NCBI GenBank assembly: GCA_001179505.1 | Contig: CDMY01000712.1 | Location: 1 to 28,235, forward strand | DNA from: Vitrella brassicaformis CCMP3155 | Lineage: Eukaryota; Protista; Chromerida | Length of the DNA stretch: 28,235 bases | Direction: 5' to 3' | Shown: piece by piece, positions 22,632 to 28,235 of the stretch | Position numbering within the stretch: the stretch's first letter is position 1 | Layout of the letters: every line of letters starts with the position of its first letter | The notes under the pieces: generated by a model | What the model was told of the DNA's origin: nothing | The model's input: the letters and a program-made list of their open reading frames with translations, nothing else | Database searches by the model: none | Program-made: the position numbers and the translations under genes

Positions 22632-24709
22632 CCGACGATATTGACGAATCGGAAATCGGCCGATGGCCCCCGAAGGATGCGGCTGGTCAAGTTCCCCTTC
22701 CACCCCCTGTGGCTGACATGGAGGAGGGGTGGTACCAAGCAGCCAACCACACACTCACAGAGAGAGCAGCGTCCACACATCACACGTGAAATGGCTCACC
22801 CGTGCAGGTACGAGGCGCCCTACAACTATTACAAGACCATCCCCGACTATCTGCCACGGATGCGGGTTCGGGGGAAGCCCAAGTATGATCAGCTTGCTCC
22901 AGGCTATTTCTTCATGTCAAACAAGTAAACTGAGACGACACAAACCGCGTGGGCTGGCTGGTGGATGTATGATGATCCGTGGTGGATGTTGCAGCATCTT
23001 CGACACGGAACCCTTTGGCCACGTGTGGCACCCAGCAGTGATGGTTGTGGACAACCATGGCGATCTTGTCTATCACGAGTACCTGGGACAGCAGAACGCG
23101 ACGCGGGGAAATGGTGCAAGCGTCATTGAAATGTCGCCGAAGATGGGGCTGCTGGTGCAAAGAATGGGCGGGCTGCTCGAGAAAGACCAACACTTCAACT
23201 TCGAGCGACGGCATCATCCCGAACATGGTCAGTGAAAGATCTAATATACGTCAAGACCAAGAGAGACCTCCCTGCGCTTTTTTCTCTCCCTTTGTCAGGC
23301 TATCACTGGGACCCACATGACATGCGGATGAACAAGGAGGGCAATCGGGTCTTTACCATCGACGACCCGCAGCCCATCAATGTGAAGGGCATGTGGGAGG
23401 GCGCCCCAGACACCGCAGTCAAAATCGTGGGTGCGGTCGTCCAGGAGATCGACCGTCACAACAACGTTGTTATGGAATTTCGCTCGTGGGACCACTTCGA
23501 GCTGCCCTGGCTCATCAAGCAGTCAGATTCCCCATTTGACGATACGCAGAATGAGGAGGAATGGGACCTGATTCATCAGTAAGCGCTTTGAACCAGTCAG
23601 GCAACACACATTAATCGTGCATTCCCTCATGTCGGTCTTGTGCTGTGTGGGAAAATGCGCATTCAGGAACTCGGCGGATTTCACGGACGACTACAGCATC
23701 GTCATCAGCTGGAGGCATCTGAGTGGCGTGCTGAAGGTCGACAGGGAGACCGGCGATGTTGTGTGGCGGCTGGGGGGCACCCAGGCCTTCAACCAGTTCA
23801 ATTTTACCCAAGACACCGTTCCCAATGGCGGTAAGTTAGGACGCCCTGGGGGCTTGCGTGGAAATCAGAGATCGTGTTATTATCTCTGTTGATGGTGGGT
23901 ATTCCTGCAGAGAGCGCAAGGGCATCGTTCTCTTGGCAGCATGACGCATCGCTCAAGGGCAACAGGCTGACCGTCTTCGATAATAGCAACCCGTCCGCAG
24001 CGTAAGCAGCGCATCTCAAAACTGAGAGAACCCCGCCATATCTCATCGGTCATGCGTTTTCGATACTGACAGAGCTGACACACGGTTTGCGTCACGGGCA
24101 ATTGAGTACCGGCTTGATCAGCAAAAGTCAATTGCCGAAAGGGTCTTCTCCTACAGCGGCCCCAGACGTGCTGATGGCAGCCTCAAGTACCGCTATGTCT
24201 CGCGGTGCCACGGGAGCTTTCAGAAGACCGACAAGGGCACCGGCGTCATCGGCTGGGGGGGGATGCACTTTACCGGCCACCTGCCTGTTGTCGAGGAGGT
24301 CTCTGTCGACGGCGAGCTGCTGCTATCGTTCGACTGGATGAGCGGCGCCAACTCGTACAGGGCGAGGAAATACGAGTGGCGGAACGTCACACCGCACTGG
24401 CGCCCGATGCTGCTGCTCATCGACCAGGTGCTCTACTACAGCTGGAACGGCTCCACCGACGTGGCTGCGTGGCGCATCGAGGCGGCAGAGGGGCCCGGCA
24501 AGCCATTCACCCGAGTGACGAAACACAAGCGGACCAGATTCGAGCACTCGGTCGCTCTGACCAAGACGGCCTTGAAGCGTGGCGGCCGTTGCATGGTGTA
24601 CCGGGCGATTGCCATGGGGAAGGACGGCAAGCAGCTCGGGGCGAGCGATGGTGTGCACACAGCCGAGTGCGGTGACACCGGTGGCAAGAAGGGCACCGTG
24701 CGAACCTAA
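22632..24709 (+). CDS. ASST-like paralogue, copy 2 (5' end lost in gap)
   Basis: Same motif series (HDMR, HQNSA, ISWR, WQHDA, SWNG) and homologous exons from ...DMEEGW onward. Extra intron at 24002-24072. Stop TAA at 24707-24709. Confidence 0.8.
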
Positions 24710-24739
24710 GGGAAGGGGTCTCTGTCTCGGTAGCGTTTG

Positions 24740-25039
24740 NNNNNNNNNNNNNNNNNNNNNNNNNNNNNNNNNNNNNNNNNNNNNNNNNNNNNNNNNNNNN
24801 NNNNNNNNNNNNNNNNNNNNNNNNNNNNNNNNNNNNNNNNNNNNNNNNNNNNNNNNNNNNNNNNNNNNNNNNNNNNNNNNNNNNNNNNNNNNNNNNNNNN
24901 NNNNNNNNNNNNNNNNNNNNNNNNNNNNNNNNNNNNNNNNNNNNNNNNNNNNNNNNNNNNNNNNNNNNNNNNNNNNNNNNNNNNNNNNNNNNNNNNNNNN
25001 NNNNNNNNNNNNNNNNNNNNNNNNNNNNNNNNNNNNNNN
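24740..25039. other. Scaffold gap (300 N)
   Basis: N run. Confidence 0.95.
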
Positions 25040-25651
25040 GCAATTGAGTACCGGCTTGATCAGCAAAAGTCAATTGCCGAAAGGGTCTTCTCCTACAGCG
25101 GCCCCAGACGTGCTGATGGCAGCCTCAAGTACCGCTATGTCTCGCGGTGCCACGGGAGCTTTCAGAAGACCGACAAGGGCACCGGCGTCATCGGCTGGGG
25201 GGGGATGCACTTTACCGGCCACCTGCCTGTTGTCGAGGAGGTCTCTGTCGACGGCGAGCTGCTGCTATCGTTCGACTGGATGAGCGGCGCCAACTCGTAC
25301 AGGGCGAGGAAATACGAGTGGCGGAACGTCACACCGCACTGGCGCCCGATGCTGCTGCTCATCGACCAGGTGCTCTACTACAGCTGGAACGGCTCCACCG
25401 ACGTGGCTGCGTGGCGCATCGAGGCGGCAGAGGGGCCCGGCAAGCCATTCACCCGAGTGACGAAACACAAGCGGACCAGATTCGAGCACTCGGTCGCTCT
25501 GACCAAGACGGCCTTGAAGCGTGGCGGCCGTTGCATGGTGTACCGGGCGATTGCCATGGGGAAGGACGGCAAGCAGCTCGGGGCGAGCGATGGTGTGCAC
25601 ACAGCCGAGTGCGGTGACACCGGTGGCAAGAAGGGCACCGTGCGAACCTAA
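25040..25651 (+). CDS. ASST last-exon fragment, copy 3 (apparently identical to copy 2; possible assembly duplicate)
   Basis: 25040-25681 matches 24098-24739 with no difference I could see, and it is bounded by gaps. Confidence 0.5.
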   Translation, partial: AIEYRLDQQKSIAERVFSYSGPRRADGSLKYRYVSRCHGSFQKTDKGTGVIGWGGMHFTGHLPVVEEVSVDGELLLSFDWMSGANSYRARKYEWRNVTPHWRPMLLLIDQVLYYSWNGSTDVAAWRIEAAEGPGKPFTRVTKHKRTRFEHSVALTKTALKRGGRCMVYRAIAMGKDGKQLGASDGVHTAECGDTGGKKGTVRT

Positions 25652-25750
25652 GGGAAGGGGTCTCTGTCTCGGTAGCGTTTGTCAATGTGTGCAAGATCAG
25701 GTTGTTGTGGGTGCCTCATGTGCTGCATGTGTGTGTGTGTGTGTGTGTGT

Positions 25751-26050
25751 NNNNNNNNNNNNNNNNNNNNNNNNNNNNNNNNNNNNNNNNNNNNNNNNNN
25801 NNNNNNNNNNNNNNNNNNNNNNNNNNNNNNNNNNNNNNNNNNNNNNNNNNNNNNNNNNNNNNNNNNNNNNNNNNNNNNNNNNNNNNNNNNNNNNNNNNNN
25901 NNNNNNNNNNNNNNNNNNNNNNNNNNNNNNNNNNNNNNNNNNNNNNNNNNNNNNNNNNNNNNNNNNNNNNNNNNNNNNNNNNNNNNNNNNNNNNNNNNNN
26001 NNNNNNNNNNNNNNNNNNNNNNNNNNNNNNNNNNNNNNNNNNNNNNNNNN
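25751..26050. other. Scaffold gap (300 N)
   Basis: N run starting at a (GT)n tract. Confidence 0.95.
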
Positions 26051-26653
26051 TACCGGCTTGATCAGCAGAAGTCAATTGCCGAAAGGGTCTTCTCCTACAG
26101 CGGCGCCAGACGTGCTGATGGCAGCCTCAAGTACCGCTATGTCTCGCGGTGCCACGGGAGCTTTCAGAAGACCGACAAGGGCACCGGCGTCATCGGCTGG
26201 GGGGGGATGCACTACACCGGCCACCTGCCTGTTGTCGAGGAGGTCTCTGTCGACGGCGAGCTGCTGCTATCGTTCGACTGGATGAGCGGCGCCAACTCGT
26301 ACAGGGCGAGGAAATACGAGTGGCGGAACGTCACACCGCACTGGCGCCCGATGCTGCTGCTCATCGACCAGGTGCTCTACTACAGCTGGAACGGCTCCAC
26401 CGACGTGGCTGCGTGGCGCATCGAGGCGGCATAGGGGCCCGGCAAGCCATTCACCCGAGTGACGAAACACAAGCGGACCAGATTCGAGCACTCGGTCGCT
26501 CTGAACAAGACGGCCTTGACGCCTGGCGGCCGTTGCATGGTGTACCGGGCGATTGCCATGGGGAAGGACGGCAAGCAGCTCGGGGCGAGCGGTGGTGTGC
26601 ACACAGCCGAGTGCGGTGACACCGGTGGCAAGAAGGGCAACGTGGGAGCCTGA
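26051..26653 (+). pseudogene. ASST last-exon fragment, copy 4, with a premature stop
   Basis: GAG>TAG at 26432-26434 (IEAA*), where the other copies read IEAAEGP. The homologous frame continues to TGA at 26651-26653. Confidence 0.65.
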
Positions 26654-26728
26654 GGGAAGGGGTCTCTGTCTCGGTAGCGTTTGTCCATGTGTGCAAGATC
26701 AGGTTGTTGTGGGTGCCTCATGTGCTGC

Positions 26729-26757
26729 ATGTGTGTGTGTGTGTGTGTGTGTGTGTG
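26729..26757. repeat. (GT)n microsatellite in the 3' flank shared by the ASST copies
   Basis: The same 3' flank plus (GT)n follows copies 1, 3 and 4; the contig breaks at 22331 and 25750 fall in it. Confidence 0.85.
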
Positions 26758-28036
26758 AAGTGGTCCGGGTGCCGCTGAGCTCAGGTGAATGCTTTGCTGC
26801 GTGTTCAAGTGTGTGCTTCCCGCGAGAAGGTTAGCAAGCAAGTAGGTCCAATGCTATCAGCATTTTTTCGTTGCCAGGTCGATGCGTGTTCTCGTTGCGG
26901 GTGTCTCTGTATGATTGCAATGCAGACCATGTCCGTCTGCAGCTGTGCCCACGTTTATGTGGTAGTGTGAATATTCACAATGAAAAACACCCCACAGGTC
27001 AGTCAGTCAGTGGATGAGTCCGCCATCTCACACCATCCATCCACCCATCCGTTCACCCACATCACTCTCAGTCTCTGTCTGTCAACCGCTCACCAGCACA
27101 CCGGCCTGGCCCAGCGCTTCACTTGCCGCCTCACCTCTACCATCCTAGATACGTGGCCAATCATATCTATGTGTCTCAGTGCGAATTTGTCGGGGTCTGG
27201 CCGCTCACTTACAAGAGGGGCTGCAGGAAAGGATCCAGCCTGCTCGCGACACGAATGACATACAGGGAGGGGACTGCTTACATGGATGCACTGTGCGTGT
27301 TCCGTTTTGTATCTCTGTGCGCATGTGCGTGCGGGCCCGCGGGCGCTTGGGGTGGCTGAAAAGTCAAAATTTGTCAAGATTTTTCATTCATGCACACGGG
27401 ATTGACAAAATGACGGAACCAAGCAGCCAGCCGTGATTCCGTCACCCCTTCGAGTGTACAAAGTGGTGTCGGGACAGGTGTATGATCGAGACACCGGATG
27501 GCAGGCACACAGCCCGATGACGGCTCCCTGTCTCTCTCATTAATCGCTCGAGAGAGACCGATGCATTGATTGTGTTCGTCTGCTGCACCATGCTGGTTGG
27601 CGGCCGCAGTCGTGTGCTTAGTGGCCTGGATCTCCTGAGTGCCGTCAAGAAACGACGCACCTGCACAAAGGAAGCCAGAGAAACGTCCCATCCATGTGAC
27701 CGTTTCCACTCGATGGGATCTCGCCGCCCCATGTTAACTTCATGTCGGTGGATACTCCCCTCCTGACCAAAGAATGCACCACGTCACACACATCGACTTC
27801 GAAGGGGAGCTCGAGGGCTGCGGCTTCTCCCATCCTTTCAGATGACGGCTGGCTGCGCTAGAGTTTTGACACAGGAGGAGGAGACAAAGCAACGCTGGTC
27901 GTGGTGACTGCACTGCATTCACGTTCGAAAAAGACACGATTTGTTCGTCTACCATAGACACTGGCATCTATACAATAGAGCACGAAGTCTCTGTACGTCG
28001 CGGTTATGTGCATGAAAAGGTCACATGAACTATCAG

Positions 28037-28157
28037 CTATAGCCTTCCCTCACGGGTGTCCAGGCAATCTCCCTCCTCAATCGTTCTTCTTGGCTGGAGC
28101 GGCTGATGGAAGAGCTTGATGGAGACGACCCGCTTGACGTTACTGTTGATGATGTCC
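28037..28157 (-). CDS. Possible terminal exon of a gene extending beyond the window
   Basis: A TGCAG acceptor is followed by GC3-rich DIINSNVKRVVSIKLFHQPLQPRRTIEEGD..., preceded by (GTGA)n intron-like sequence. The frame is ambiguous. Confidence 0.3.
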
Positions 28158-28235
28158 TGCATGAACAACCCGAGTAAGCGACATACAACGCACAACAGAA
28201 CGTCGTCTTCATCCTGCACTCACTCACTCACTCAC

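Noticed and set aside
25040-25750. ASST copy 3 as a separate recent duplication
   Set aside because: It appears identical to copy 2, covers only the last exon and is bounded by gaps, so it is probably a redundant contig. Read depth or long reads would decide.
26760-28030. Short ORFs after the ASST array (e.g. 27090-27377 minus, 27740-27967 minus) as transposon or gene remnants
   Set aside because: No recognisable domain, terminal repeats or consistent splice chain.

Overview
Intron-dense eukaryotic nuclear DNA. The short GT-AG introns packed with (TGTC)/(ATCC)/(GAGG)/(GT) microsatellites, the high GC3 and the bipartite plastid presequences are typical of a chromerid alveolate such as Vitrella brassicaformis (inference). 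I spliced the genes by hand. In order: plastid-targeted intronless sufC (+); proteasome alpha-6/PSMA1 (-); a ~1,200-aa unknown protein (+) whose N-terminal region resembles the plant OZ/VAR3 organellar RNA-processing domain; RPL3 (-); RPL31 (+); a plastid-targeted BASS Na+-symporter (-); a 7-TM microbial-rhodopsin-fold protein lacking the retinal lysine (+); and a gap-broken tandem array of secreted arylsulfotransferase (ASST)-like genes (one complete, one partial, one duplicate fragment, one with a premature stop). The six genes from PSMA1 to the opsin form three consecutive head-to-head pairs. Each pair's 120-199 bp spacer carries the 8-mer TGCGAGCT. There are four 300-N scaffold gaps. I saw no rRNA, tRNA, CRISPR array or recognisable transposon.
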